From the NCBI RefSeq assembly GCF_000143415.4, contig NW_003314386.1, positions 351,895 through 415,894 of the forward strand: a stretch of DNA of 64,000 nucleotides. Reading direction: 5' to 3'. This DNA comes from Selaginella moellendorffii (Eukaryota > Plantae > Lycopodiophyta). Made by a program: the position numbers and the translations under genes. Below the pieces are notes generated by a model. It was not told the origin of the DNA. It did not search any database and worked only from the letters and a program-made list of their open reading frames with translations. Within the stretch, counting starts at the first letter, position 1. Each line of letters opens with the position of its first letter. Of the stretch, positions 1 to 11,038 are shown piece after piece.

Positions 1-171
1 AAGGTACCTAGCGAAAGATTCTTACTGAACTGGGGAGCTGGGCAATATGATGTTGGCTTAACCCAGATTTAAGTATTCCCCCACAACCACCCCCCCGCTC
101 TCTCTCCCCTTTCCGAGAAGAAGCCCATGCTAAGTTTAAGGCTCTAAGTCGATAGAGGTGATAAAGGATGG

Positions 172-2526
172 ATGTATATTCCAAAGTCGATAGAGGGATT
201 GGCACGGCTTGTGAGGTCGTGTTCTTCCACGAGAGATTGGCACCTGGGCCGCCAGATCGAGGCATGTATTCGCAGCAGCAGTGAGCACCACGGCTCGCTT
301 CTTCTCGCCAACCTCCTCGTGGAGATGCATGGCAAGTGCGGCCGACTGCAGGACGCCAAGGAGGCGTTTGATCGTATCCTCGCGCCCAATGCCTTCTCCT
401 GGAACATCCTGGCCGCGGCATTCACGCAGAACGATCGCCTCCGCGAGGCCATCGAGATCTTCCATGCGATGGCACAGCGCGACTGTGTTTCCTGGACTGT
501 GATCATCACTGGCTTAGCCCAGAAGAGTATGATCGCTCAGGCCGAGCAGTACATGCTCAAGATCCCCCATTTTGATTCTCGGGTCTGTACCGCTGTGCTG
601 CAAATGTTTGTCGAGAATGGGCATCTTGATGAATGTTGGATCTTGTTTGATCAAATGCCTAAAAAAGATGTTTTTGCGTGGACAGTTCTTGTAACTGGAT
701 TTTTGTTTAGAGATCTCGTAGAAGAATCGTTTGAGTGTTTCGTGAAGATGGCACACCACAACCTGGTTTCGTGTACAGCCGTGATGTCTGCAAAAGCCGA
801 GCATGGGCAGTTTAAAGAGTGTAAGGAACTCTTTGATGCGATGCCGCAGCGAAGCTCCATCACTTGGAATGTGATGTTGAGAGCGGTGGCGAGCACTGGA
901 AGTTGTTTTTTGGAAATGGATGTTCTCGAAAGAATGGCCAAACATAGCGTGGAGTCGTGGAACTGTTTGCTCAAGGCAAGCGGGGGAGAGAGTGTTTTCT
1001 ATCAAATGCCCGAGCGCAACATTGTTTCATGGACGACGATGCTTGGATTGTTTGAGGAACGAGGAGAGATTGCGCAAGCTAAAGAGGTTCTGGAAAGAAT
1101 GCCGCAGTGGGACGTCGTTTTGATGAATGCCATGATTTCGGCTTACGCCCAAGTGGGAAACACTAACGATGCGAAGCGGATCTTTGATTCAATGTCCTTC
1201 CGGGACGTCTTTACTTACAATTCGATGCTCCAGGCTTCGGTGGAGAATGGCCAGTTTGCCTCTGCTATGATCTGGTTTGAAAGAATGCCACAGCACGATG
1301 TAGTTTCCCGTACCTCAGCGATCATCTGTCTTGGCAAACAAGGTTCTCACACGGAAGCCTTGGCTCTTTTCGTGAAACTGCCTCAAAGAAACCCTGTTGC
1401 TTGGAACGCCATGGTTTCTACAAATGCCTGTGCTGGTCATTTGGATCTCGCTTTAAAAACCTTCTATCTCATGCCGCAGTGGAACGTCACTGCGTGGAAC
1501 TCTCTTCTCGTCTCTTACAGTCAACGTGGCTTCTTAGTAAACGCTTCTAAGGTCTTTGGAGAAATGCCGACAAGGGACGAGTCAACGTGGAATACCATGG
1601 CCTCAGCTCTCGCTACGAACGGGCAGCTGGACCAGGTGTTGACATTGACCGGCAGGATGCCCGAGTTGACCGTCGAGTCGTCAACAGTGGTGCTGACTGC
1701 GATCGCCGGCAGCGGTCGCGTTGACCGGGCCAAGGCCTTCTTTGACTCCATGCCGCAGAAGGACGTGGTCTCATGGACGGCTCTGATGGAAGCGCACGTC
1801 CAGAATGGAGATGGCGATCAAGCCAGAGCTTTGTTTCGAAGAATTCCCAGCCGGAATGTCCTGGCATGGACGCTGATCTTGGCCTTGGCTGCGAGGAATG
1901 GTGATCTGCGTGAAGCCATGGAAACTTTCATCTCGGCCCCGGAGAAGGATGCCACTTTGCAGGCCGTGATGCTCTCCGCGTATGCCCAGAATGGGCATCT
2001 CGACCAAGTGAAGCTCGTCTTCGAGGCCATGGATCAAAGCGATGTCACCTCCTGGAATGCGCTGGTGGGGGCCTTCGCTTGCAACGGGCTCCGGGGGGAC
2101 GTGACCAAGCTCCAGCGTCTCATGGCTGTGACTGGCGTTGCCGCGAACGAGGTGACGTTTGTGGCAGCCTTAGTTTCGTGCAGCCATGCCGGGTTTGTCG
2201 AAGATGGACGAGCGTTCTTCGTTGCGATGAGAGCGGAGCACGGGATGGTCCCGACTTTCCAGCACTTTTGTTGCATGGTCGACATTCTGGGACGAGCGGG
2301 GAGGCTGGAGGAGGCCCGGGAGCTGGTCAATAGCATGCCTTACAATCCCGACAGCGTTGCCTGGAATACAATACTCGGCGCCTCGAAAGCTGTGGGAGAT
2401 GAAAGCTTACCGGGTGGAGATGTTGCTGATGGTATTGTAAGCATGGATCCAAGAAAAGCAGCGGCAGCTTATGTGATGCTTTCCAGCATCGCTGCCACAA
2501 GCGCGAGCCTGCAACATCTTCGTTAA
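172..2526 (+). CDS. PLS-class pentatricopeptide repeat protein, E-type without DYW (putative organellar C-to-U editing factor)
   Basis: Intronless 784-aa ORF of tandem ~31-aa repeats (F..MP.R.VVSW..ML). C-terminus has L2/S2/E signatures (EVTFVAALVSCSHAG, HFCCMVDILGRAGRLEEA, AWNTILGAS, YVMLS). No HSE/CxxC/DYW motifs. Confidence 0.95.
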   Translation: MYIPKSIEGLARLVRSCSSTRDWHLGRQIEACIRSSSEHHGSLLLANLLVEMHGKCGRLQDAKEAFDRILAPNAFSWNILAAAFTQNDRLREAIEIFHAMAQRDCVSWTVIITGLAQKSMIAQAEQYMLKIPHFDSRVCTAVLQMFVENGHLDECWILFDQMPKKDVFAWTVLVTGFLFRDLVEESFECFVKMAHHNLVSCTAVMSAKAEHGQFKECKELFDAMPQRSSITWNVMLRAVASTGSCFLEMDVLERMAKHSVESWNCLLKASGGESVFYQMPERNIVSWTTMLGLFEERGEIAQAKEVLERMPQWDVVLMNAMISAYAQVGNTNDAKRIFDSMSFRDVFTYNSMLQASVENGQFASAMIWFERMPQHDVVSRTSAIICLGKQGSHTEALALFVKLPQRNPVAWNAMVSTNACAGHLDLALKTFYLMPQWNVTAWNSLLVSYSQRGFLVNASKVFGEMPTRDESTWNTMASALATNGQLDQVLTLTGRMPELTVESSTVVLTAIAGSGRVDRAKAFFDSMPQKDVVSWTALMEAHVQNGDGDQARALFRRIPSRNVLAWTLILALAARNGDLREAMETFISAPEKDATLQAVMLSAYAQNGHLDQVKLVFEAMDQSDVTSWNALVGAFACNGLRGDVTKLQRLMAVTGVAANEVTFVAALVSCSHAGFVEDGRAFFVAMRAEHGMVPTFQHFCCMVDILGRAGRLEEARELVNSMPYNPDSVAWNTILGASKAVGDESLPGGDVADGIVSMDPRKAAAAYVMLSSIAATSASLQHLR

Positions 2527-3286
2527 GTAACAGCGAGAGAGAATGAAAAGACTATAAAAAGCTCACGAGAAGCACCGCTGGCAGCGTAATGATAAGGCAC
2601 GAAAGTGAAAGACGCTCGCTCCTGTTTCCTCGTAACATGGAACGTTTGAGCGTTGAGCCAAGAGAAAAATTACAAAAGACCCATGCGTGCCTGCTGAATG
2701 CATCCATAACTTTCACAGGGAAGATACGATCACGGACGAAGAAAACTCGTAAAACAACCAAGTTGTACCTTTATTCGACTTTTCTGAGCATTTGCTAGGC
2801 CTGACTCTATCACGTGGTCAAGCATTGTCTCATTAGCTAGTAGCCCATGCTGAAAATGAGTTAGAAGACAAGATCAGCAAGAATACCAAGAAAAAAAAAA
2901 AGAAAAACAAAGTTGAGCTAAGAAACTGACCTGAACCAGTTTGGAATCTTCTACAACACATTAACGTTGCTTCCGATGGTAAGAAAACATCTTGCTTCTG
3001 GACCAACAGGACTTCCATATTTTACGTTGTCCGTAGTGAGTCCCGTCAGGAGCATATATGCTTGTATACGCGATATATCCATGTGCAGGTTGAAAAGGAT
3101 GGGCCAGTATCACTTGGCAGGAGCACCGCCAGAAGATTATTTTGAGATGTAGCCCCTGAAGTGACAGAAGATAGGAACCGGCGCTTGTTGCTGTGAGATA
3201 AACACCAGCTGCCTTAAAGCGGTATCTCAGCTGTCCACATGAGCGAAACGCTTGCAATGCCGCTGCTTACGAATCGATCGCCATAG

Positions 3287-6200
3287 ATGATATACTCCCC
3301 AAACACCAGAAAGCTCGTCATAGTTCGTCACAGCTGCTCTTTTCTCTTGCTGCTCTTAATGGCTAGTGCCATTCTTGAATACTGCTTCTCGTCTCATAAA
3401 TCAGAGGTAACGTACAGTGCGGACACTCCAAGCTTCATTTCTCTGCTTGCGCATAAGACGATCTCATGGGAAAACGGTGGACAGCTTGCTGTTATCAGCA
3501 AAAAGAGAGGCATTTCTGCCCGTGTTATCCTGCAGTCACCCAACGCGAGGTAAGTCTTTTATGATCCCGACGTGCCTCACAAAAAGGATCACAATGCAGA
3601 TACCTCTTCGGTTTCTTCAGCGAATCGTCTGGCATCTTCACTCTCTCGATTTATGACTTGTCTTATCCTATTGAAAATGAGAGCGTCATTCAAAGAGTGT
3701 GGTCCGCGAAGACCGAAGCAGGGACTCCTTGTATGCTCAAGGAAAATACGGTGCTGCAGTTTGAAGAGAATGGGAACCTGGTTTTATCCCACAGTGATGC
3801 CAGCAATGTATGGGAAACACTCACCTCGAGCATGGAGATCTTGAGCATGAATCTCCTGGACACCGGTAACTTAGTTCTGTATAACTCAGCACAGCAGCCA
3901 GTGTGGGAAAGTTTCAAGTTTCCCGTTGATACGATGCTCCCTGGACAGATTCTTAGTCCCGGCATGAAATTGGTACGTTGATCTTCGCCTTCACAAAAAC
4001 TGATGTTCAAAAGCAGATAAACGGGATATATACGTTGAAAATGGAAGTTGGCGGTCTGGTTCTGTATTCTGGAAGTTCCGTCAAGTGGTTTTGGAGCTTC
4101 TACAACGTTGGTGATCTCACGTAAGGAGCTTGCTTCCCAGCTCTTCCAAATTCTAATTCTTGTGCTGGTTGTTTGTGAAGGGACGTCTTATACACCTGTA
4201 AGCGACCAACGTACGCAGAATTTACCGAAAAAGGCCTTCATCTCTCCCAAGATGCTAACATCGTTACCAGAACCATTTCTGAGGATCTTCTGAACTACTC
4301 TGTCAAAAGCATAGATCCCATTGTCCTCTCAGATGGCTATAAAGCTGCCGGTCTGCGACTCAGTTGCTACGGGGCTGTGCACATAGATGTCCAGTGCCCG
4401 AAACCCGAGTAAGTTGTTGGCATTCTTTTATCTTCCATTCAGCTGAAAAGGTAAATTTCTTTGTATAGCAAGTGGAAATCTCGGAAGCTACTTGGGATGA
4501 AGTACCTTATGTTTCTTGCCCAAAAGACCCGCGGTAAAAGGCCTATTTCAACTTCTTCGTCGGAGGCTGGACGAACGTTGCTTTCCATATCTGAGCAGCC
4601 CGAGCAAGAACGCCTGGCTGAAAAGAAGGTAATTTTCCAAAGTTTGAACTTAGTGATGTGTTCTCAACCTTCCTCTGGCGTGAAGGAGACAGCATTACCA
4701 CCAACACAGGCTGTTTCAACACAAAAACAAGAGCCAAATCAGCGCAAGGTATACTATCAAAGACAAAAGCTCAATACTTACTTGTTTGTGTTGCAGCGGA
4801 AAGCCGTGATATCAATAACGGTGCTTCTTAGTGCTACAGCATTGGCATTGTGCGGTGGAATCTGCATTCAAAAAAAGCTGCGTAAGAAACCAACACCGGT
4901 CAAGACGGAATCTTCAGCATCAATCAAAGACATTGTACCACAAGCCGGTCCCGCGAAGTTCTCGTTCAAGCAAGTCCGCAAGATCACAAACAACTTCAGT
5001 GTCAAGCTAGGAGACGGTGGCTTTGGGCTGGTGTACGAAGGAACACTCAAGGACGGGAGCAAAGTAGCCGTCAAGATGCTGGAAAGAACGTCAACACAAG
5101 GTGAGAAAGAATTCAAGGCAGAGGTGAGTGTGATGGCAACGGTTCGTCACCTGAATCTCATCCGACTGAGAGGATACTGCGCGCAAGGGCCGCGGAGAAT
5201 ACTCATCTATGACTTCATGCCAAACAGCTCCCTTGACAAGTGGCTGTTCATAACACCTGGTAAGTTTTCCTGGTCATTACAAGAGAGAAAGAGAGCGAGC
5301 TTACCATAAAAAACCATTGAGCAGGAAAGGATTGCATGCTTGACTGGTCACGGAGATACAGCATTGCGCTTGGCACGGCCCGAGGACTTGCTTACCTCCA
5401 TGAAGAATGCAGCCAAAAAATCATCCACTTGGACGTGAAGCCCGAGAACATTCTTCTCGACCAGAACTTCCTGCCAAAGGTAACAAAAGCACTCGTTAGA
5501 AAGTATAGAAAGATAGAAGGAACTAAGATGGAAATGGTGGCAGGTCTCGGACTTTGGGCTAGCGAAGCTCATGGATCGAGATAAGAGCCGGGTGGTCACA
5601 AACATGAGAGGAACACCAGGGTATCTAGCTCCAGAATGGCTGCACGGAACAGCAGTCACGGCCAAGGCCGACGTCTACAGCTTTGGAATGGTCCTCCTGG
5701 AGCTAATCTGTGGCCGCGAAACGATCGACCTCTCTAAGGGATCAGAGCAGTGGTACTTACCGGCGTGGGCCGTGAGAATGGTCGAGGAGGGGCGGCCGAT
5801 GGAGCTCATCGACGAGCAGCTCCACGAGGAGGTGGAATATTTCTACGAGGATCAAGCCAAGCGCTCGATCCGTGTGGCGCTGTGCTGCATCCAGGAAGAT
5901 CCGACGCAGCGGCCTACCATGGGGCGCGTCGTCCAGATGCTCGACGGCCTGGTGGAGCCGCGAGTGCCGCAGCTGAGCAAATTGAACGTCCAGCCATCCT
6001 GCGCCACGACGCGCGTCAAGGACAAGCTCGTCGCCTTCGCTGAAGCCCTAGCGGACGAGCGCGGCGCCTCCGAGCTCATGGGCGGCCCTAGAATCTCCGG
6101 TAAGAACACGATTTTGAAAAATCCCGCCAGACGTCTGGCATATTCTCGTCAGGTAACCGTATATGCTACTGACTGAATGTGCTGTTTGCAGACAAGGATA

Positions 6201-6604
6201 TTCCGTCGTGGGGCGTGAAAGGCGGGCTTGGCTCCATCGTCGGCTCCGCGAGGACGGTGCTCAAGGCGCGCAATGTGCCGTGCATCCCACCATGGCCGCT
6301 CAAGGGCGACATCGTTATCGTGCGCGGCAGCGGCACCGGCGAATTCACCCACGCGGTCGTGCGTGATGTGAAGATCCGGACGCAGCAAGTGAAGCTGGCG
6401 GTGCTCCAGCGGGTGTCCAGCGGCGATGTGGCGGCGGAGGAGGCGCTCGACTCCTCCAACAAGTGGGTTGTTCTTGACGAGGAGACGGTGTGGCGGCAGT
6501 GGAATGTGCTCGTGAGGACGCTCGAGTTTTGGGTGCCCGTGAATTGGTCCACGCTCCCTGGTTCCGGCCCACAAAAGTACCCGATCGAATGGATCGCCAA
6601 CTAG
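3287..6604 (+). CDS. G-type (bulb) lectin S-domain receptor-like kinase, non-RD, multi-exon; probable extra C-terminal exon 6192-6604
   Basis: Hydrophobic leader at 3287-3549. B-lectin motifs ([36 protein letters not shown]). TM segment [21 protein letters not shown]. Kinase motifs [47 protein letters not shown] introns such as 3973-4016. If the 6100-6191 intron is not spliced, the stop is at 6176. Confidence 0.9.
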
Positions 6605-6673
6605 ATCGCAAGCTGCGATCTCAGCTCCCAGAATGTTGGAAAGAGAAGATCGTCCGATATAAAGTATCCTCTT

Positions 6674-8470
6674 CTAAGTTGCTAGTCTTCGCAGCGATCG
6701 ATCTTCCTTGTACATATCCGACAGGAGCACAAACGTGGACGAGGTTTTGGTGCCGAGATGGATCGCCGACTTGGCCGCCTCCATCCCCAGTTTCTTGTTG
6801 CGATGGACTCTGGAAGCTCCAAGCAAAGTCGCCCACTCTTGGAGATCTGGCACGAAAGGCATGCTCTTGACGAGCTCCTCCGCCTCGCCCAGCTTTCCCA
6901 GCCGGGCCAAGATATCGATCATGCTCGCGTAGTGCTCCTGCCGCGGCGGGACGCCGTGATCCACCGCCAAGACCACGAACATCCGCCACCCGGAGTTTAA
7001 GAGTCCGAGATGGCTACACGCGGTGAGGACGCTGGAGAACGTTACGTGATCGGGTTTCGTGCCATCCAGATCCATCAAATGGAAAACCTCGAGCGATTCC
7101 TCTCCACGGCCCGACCCCGCGTACGACGAGATCATCGAGTTCCAGCAAACGACGTCCCGGAAGGGCATTTCATCGAAGATTCTCCGCGATTCTCCCAAAT
7201 GCCCGTTCTGAGCATTCACTCCTACCATTGCAGACCACGAGAGAACGTCTCTCTCGGGCATTAGTCGAAAGACTCTTTGGGCTTCGTGGTGCTGCATAAG
7301 CTGCGCATGCCCGGTAATCATAGCCGTCCATGTCACTGCGTCTTTGGACGGCATCCGGTTGAAGAGAGATACCGCCTCTTGCATATACCCTGCTTGAGCA
7401 TAACCCGTTATCATGGTGTTCCATGAAACCAGATCATGCTCCACCATTTTGAGATCGAAAAATTGCTGTGCCTCGACGAGAAAGCCGTGGAGCGCGAATG
7501 CGGCTAGCAGTGAATTCCAGGTGAAGATGTTTTGCTCGGGACTCCTGTCAAAGAGGCACTTCGTTTCTTCAATCATTCCACTCTGCGCATAGCCGCTCAA
7601 GATCGCGGTCCAGGAAACGAGATTTCGCTCTTTCATACGATCAAACACCTGCCTAGCCTGCTTGAGGTAGCCATCGCGAGCAAACGCCTCAACCATGGCC
7701 GTCCAGGAAATCACATTCCACTCGGGCATTAGATCAAAAAGCTTCTTTGCTTCCTCAATATGCCCAAGCCTGGCATTTGCCGTAAGGAGAGCGTTCCATG
7801 CAACCACACCGCGCGTAGGCATTCGGTCAAATAGAGTCTTAGCCTCGTTAACTAGCCCATTCTGACCGTAGGCGCTGACCATAATCGTCCAGGAGACTAC
7901 GTTTCGATCCCCCATACCGTCAAAGAGTAGTCTCGCCTTTTCCAGATGCCCATTCTGGGCATATGCTGCAAGCATCGTGTTCTTGGACACATCGTTTTGC
8001 TCGGGCATGGCGTCGAATATTCTTTTAGCCTCCTCGAGATTGGCCGCCTGGGCATGCATTGCCAGCATCGCCGTCCACGCCACGACATTTCTCTCGGGCA
8101 TGGCAGCGAATATTTTCTCCGCATCTTCCAGATACCCATTCTGGGCATATCCCACAAGGAGAATGCTCCACGAGAACAAATTGGGGTCTTCAATCCCATG
8201 GAAGACCATCTTCGCGTCCTCCATGCTGCCGCATTTCCCATACATCTCGACCAGCGTGTTGGCGAGAAATCTGTTGCTGCCGTGCTGGGTGCCGAGAATT
8301 CGAGCGTGGATCTGCTTGCCGCGGTCGAGATCGTCGATTCCAGTGCAGGACCGGAGGAGATCCGCAAAGAAATCCTGCTCCTGGCGCTGTTTCCTCCTGG
8401 CGATGGCGCCAGAGCTGGGGACTGAAATTTGGGTGCTCACGAAGATGAGAAACAGAGCACGTTGGGTCAT
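6674..8470 (-). CDS. PLS-class PPR protein, E-type without DYW
   Basis: Intronless ORF, first ATG at 8470. Very regular S/SS-like repeats (MPERNVVAWTAML). C-terminus VTFSSVLTACSHLG...HYASMIDILARLG...WATLLGAS...FVLLSDMY. Confidence 0.95.
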   Translation of the reverse strand: MTQRALFLIFVSTQISVPSSGAIARRKQRQEQDFFADLLRSCTGIDDLDRGKQIHARILGTQHGSNRFLANTLVEMYGKCGSMEDAKMVFHGIEDPNLFSWSILLVGYAQNGYLEDAEKIFAAMPERNVVAWTAMLAMHAQAANLEEAKRIFDAMPEQNDVSKNTMLAAYAQNGHLEKARLLFDGMGDRNVVSWTIMVSAYGQNGLVNEAKTLFDRMPTRGVVAWNALLTANARLGHIEEAKKLFDLMPEWNVISWTAMVEAFARDGYLKQARQVFDRMKERNLVSWTAILSGYAQSGMIEETKCLFDRSPEQNIFTWNSLLAAFALHGFLVEAQQFFDLKMVEHDLVSWNTMITGYAQAGYMQEAVSLFNRMPSKDAVTWTAMITGHAQLMQHHEAQRVFRLMPERDVLSWSAMVGVNAQNGHLGESRRIFDEMPFRDVVCWNSMISSYAGSGRGEESLEVFHLMDLDGTKPDHVTFSSVLTACSHLGLLNSGWRMFVVLAVDHGVPPRQEHYASMIDILARLGKLGEAEELVKSMPFVPDLQEWATLLGASRVHRNKKLGMEAAKSAIHLGTKTSSTFVLLSDMYKEDRSLRRLAT

Positions 8471-8677
8471 TCCCCTGTTTCTAGGGCTCTTGGAGAGGCT
8501 CAATTGATCGATCGAGAGTCTTGGAAGAAGAAGAGAGATTGATTGATTGATTCAGAGGACGCAGAAGGCGTTATAGAACCAGCCCACCACATTGGGTGCG
8601 GCAGCTACATAGATCACAACTAAGCACAAGCTAAGACAAGCGCTGCGCATCACTGGGCGCATCGATTTGATCCATTT

Positions 8678-9092
8678 TCAGTGCTGTGGAACAGCCATTC
8701 CTGCAAGAAACCCACAAGATCGATCAAACAAACACCCAGCTCGAGAAGAATCGCATGGATTTACCGTTGCAATTGAGATTGGCCTGGACGGGGATGCCAC
8801 ACTTGGCTGGAATCGCGATCGCCGAGTGAAGATCCACAGTCTTGTCCACCTTCTGCGCGGCGAGGAGGCTCTGGCACAGGCAATCCGCGGCGTCCTTGCT
8901 GCCGCTGAAGGGCTTCACGGCATCGCAGCACCCCGCGAGCTGCTTGGGATCCTTCCCGTTCTTGACAGCAGCTTGGCGGCAGGGAAGAAGCTTGCCCATG
9001 TTGTTGGTGGCATCGCAGGCGCCACTGGCGCGATCGGCGAGCACGATCACGGCGACGAGGAAGAAGGACACGAGCGCGAACTTGATCGCCAT
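8678..9092 (-). CDS. Non-specific lipid transfer protein (8-Cys motif), secreted
   Basis: Signal peptide MAIKFALVSFFLVAVIVLADRASG, then C..C..CC..CLC..C..C. Intron 8764-8701 after CNG gives the last exon GMAVPQH*. TATAAAA about 75 bp upstream. Confidence 0.92.
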
Positions 9093-9419
9093 GGACGAGG
9101 AAGAGGAGGAAGAAAGGGGCGAACGCGAATCCCAGTGGGCGATGGAAAGAAGGAAGCAAACGCTGGGTTTTATAGCGCTCGTGGCTCGATCGCTCCTAAT
9201 TTCTGACACAGATCGGATCGACCAGCCAGCGTAATTGTATGAGTGCGCGCCGATCGAGCGAGCGAGCAATGCGAGAGAGAGAGAGAGTGAGCAAATTGCG
9301 CGAATATCGGTAGTACCATTTGGCCGACTGTACCGCGAATGGGGACTCGCCACAAGCGCGCGTTCGATTCTCGTGAGCTCCAGAGAGGGATTTTTCCGGC
9401 AGGGGAAGATGCCTGACGC

Positions 9420-11015
9420 ATGAGGAGGGTTTGCGCAGAGTGGATCAAATCAAAGCTAGCTTCTTCTTCTTCTTCTTCTTCTTCTTCGCGGGGTTTTAAT
9501 TTCGAATCCTGCGTTGAGCGACTGCGCCAGTGCCGGGATTTGTCGCAAGTGCGAGGGATTCACCGCGAGATCGTCGCGGCGGGGCACAGGGGGAACCGAT
9601 TTCTCGCGAATTTGCTGGTGCAAATGTATGGGAGAGTCGGGAGCTTGCGTGAGGCAGAGATTGTTTATGAAGGAATTGACGAGCCGCGGGATGATTCTTC
9701 GCGGCTGGCGCTGCTCAGTGCGTATGCCCACAACGGGAATGTCAACTTGGCGAGGGAGGTGTTTGATTCTCTGACGCAAAAACCATCTTTTTCCTGGAGT
9801 GTAATGCTCAATGCATATGCCCAAACAGGGCATTTGCAGGAAGCCAAGGAACTCTACGACAAGATGTTTGTTCCAGACGATTTTTCAGGAACAATTCTTA
9901 TCAAAGCGTTTTCCGATAGACAAGATTTGGAATCCGCAATAAATGTCTTTGATGGTATGCAAACGAAGGACTCCGTGGCTTGGAATGCTCTGGTTTCTGC
10001 CAATGCCGTAAATGGGCATTTAGAAACAGCTTCAGAAATTCTAGACAAAATGCCAATGCTAGGCTCTTCAGCGATGAATCCACTGCTCCACGCCTACAGC
10101 CAAGCATCCATGGTCACACAGGCAAAGTTCGTGTTTGAAAAGATGAGAGAGCGATCCATAATCTCCATGACGGCGTTGCTAACTGCGTATGACAAGGGAG
10201 GGGATTATAAAAACGCACGCATTGTCTTCGACAAAATGCCGCAGCACGATCTCGTCTCATGCAACGCCATCGTCACAGCTTGCTCAAAATCAGAGACCCA
10301 AAATCTTCAAGAGCTAAAACACATCTTCGATCGAATGCACGCCAGAGACATTGTCTCGTGGACAATCCTCCTCCAGGCATATGCCCAAAGCGGGCATCCG
10401 TCAGTTGCCCAGGCAATGCTGGCAAAACTGCCACGCTACGATTCACTCTCGGCAACGGCCGTGATCGAAGGCTATGGCAAGGCAGGGAATCTTTCCAGAG
10501 CAAGAGCCGTGCTAGAGAATCTCCCTGAGAGACACTTAGAGCCATGCACGGTTCTCATGGAGGCATACTCGAGGAATGGATATCCACTTGAGGCAGTCCA
10601 CCTGTTCCGGACCTTGGAACTGGAAGGAAGCATAGAACCGGATGGGGCGATGTTCACGACGCTACTGAGCGCGTGTAGCCATGGTGGGCTGGTCCGGTTG
10701 GGCCTGGACTACTTCGCGGCTATGGCGGTGGATCACTCTCTCACTCCATCGCCCATGCACTATAGTTGCGTTGCGGACATGCTCGGCCGCGCGGGATTAC
10801 TCCAGGAAGTCGAAGATTTGGCTGAGAAGATGCCGTGCTTGCCCATCGATTCTATGTGGATTGCACTGCTGAATGCGTGCAAGATTCACAACGATCCCGG
10901 CCTAGGTGCTTTGGCGGCGGACAAAGCATCACAGCTACGGCCTGGGGAATGTGTTCCATACGTCATGATCGCTGGATTTCCAGACTCTTTGGATCGCCCT
11001 CTACACCATAGATGA
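9420..11015 (+). CDS. PLS-class PPR protein, E-type without DYW
   Basis: 531-aa intronless ORF. NRFLANLLVQMYGRVG start motif, PPR repeats, then FTTLLSACSHGG, HYSCVADMLGRAG, WIALLNACKIH. Confidence 0.93.
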   Translation: MRRVCAEWIKSKLASSSSSSSSSRGFNFESCVERLRQCRDLSQVRGIHREIVAAGHRGNRFLANLLVQMYGRVGSLREAEIVYEGIDEPRDDSSRLALLSAYAHNGNVNLAREVFDSLTQKPSFSWSVMLNAYAQTGHLQEAKELYDKMFVPDDFSGTILIKAFSDRQDLESAINVFDGMQTKDSVAWNALVSANAVNGHLETASEILDKMPMLGSSAMNPLLHAYSQASMVTQAKFVFEKMRERSIISMTALLTAYDKGGDYKNARIVFDKMPQHDLVSCNAIVTACSKSETQNLQELKHIFDRMHARDIVSWTILLQAYAQSGHPSVAQAMLAKLPRYDSLSATAVIEGYGKAGNLSRARAVLENLPERHLEPCTVLMEAYSRNGYPLEAVHLFRTLELEGSIEPDGAMFTTLLSACSHGGLVRLGLDYFAAMAVDHSLTPSPMHYSCVADMLGRAGLLQEVEDLAEKMPCLPIDSMWIALLNACKIHNDPGLGALAADKASQLRPGECVPYVMIAGFPDSLDRPLHHR

Positions 11016-11038
11016 CACACTGTCAACTTTCATAAACT

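Noticed and set aside
3162-3180. tgacagaagatag, resembling the 5' part of miR156/157
   Set aside because: The match stops after 13 nt and no complementary star arm is visible.
2833-3285. Short minus-strand ORFs with splice-like signals between the first PPR and the RLK
   Set aside because: No consistent spliced ORF or recognisable domain could be built.
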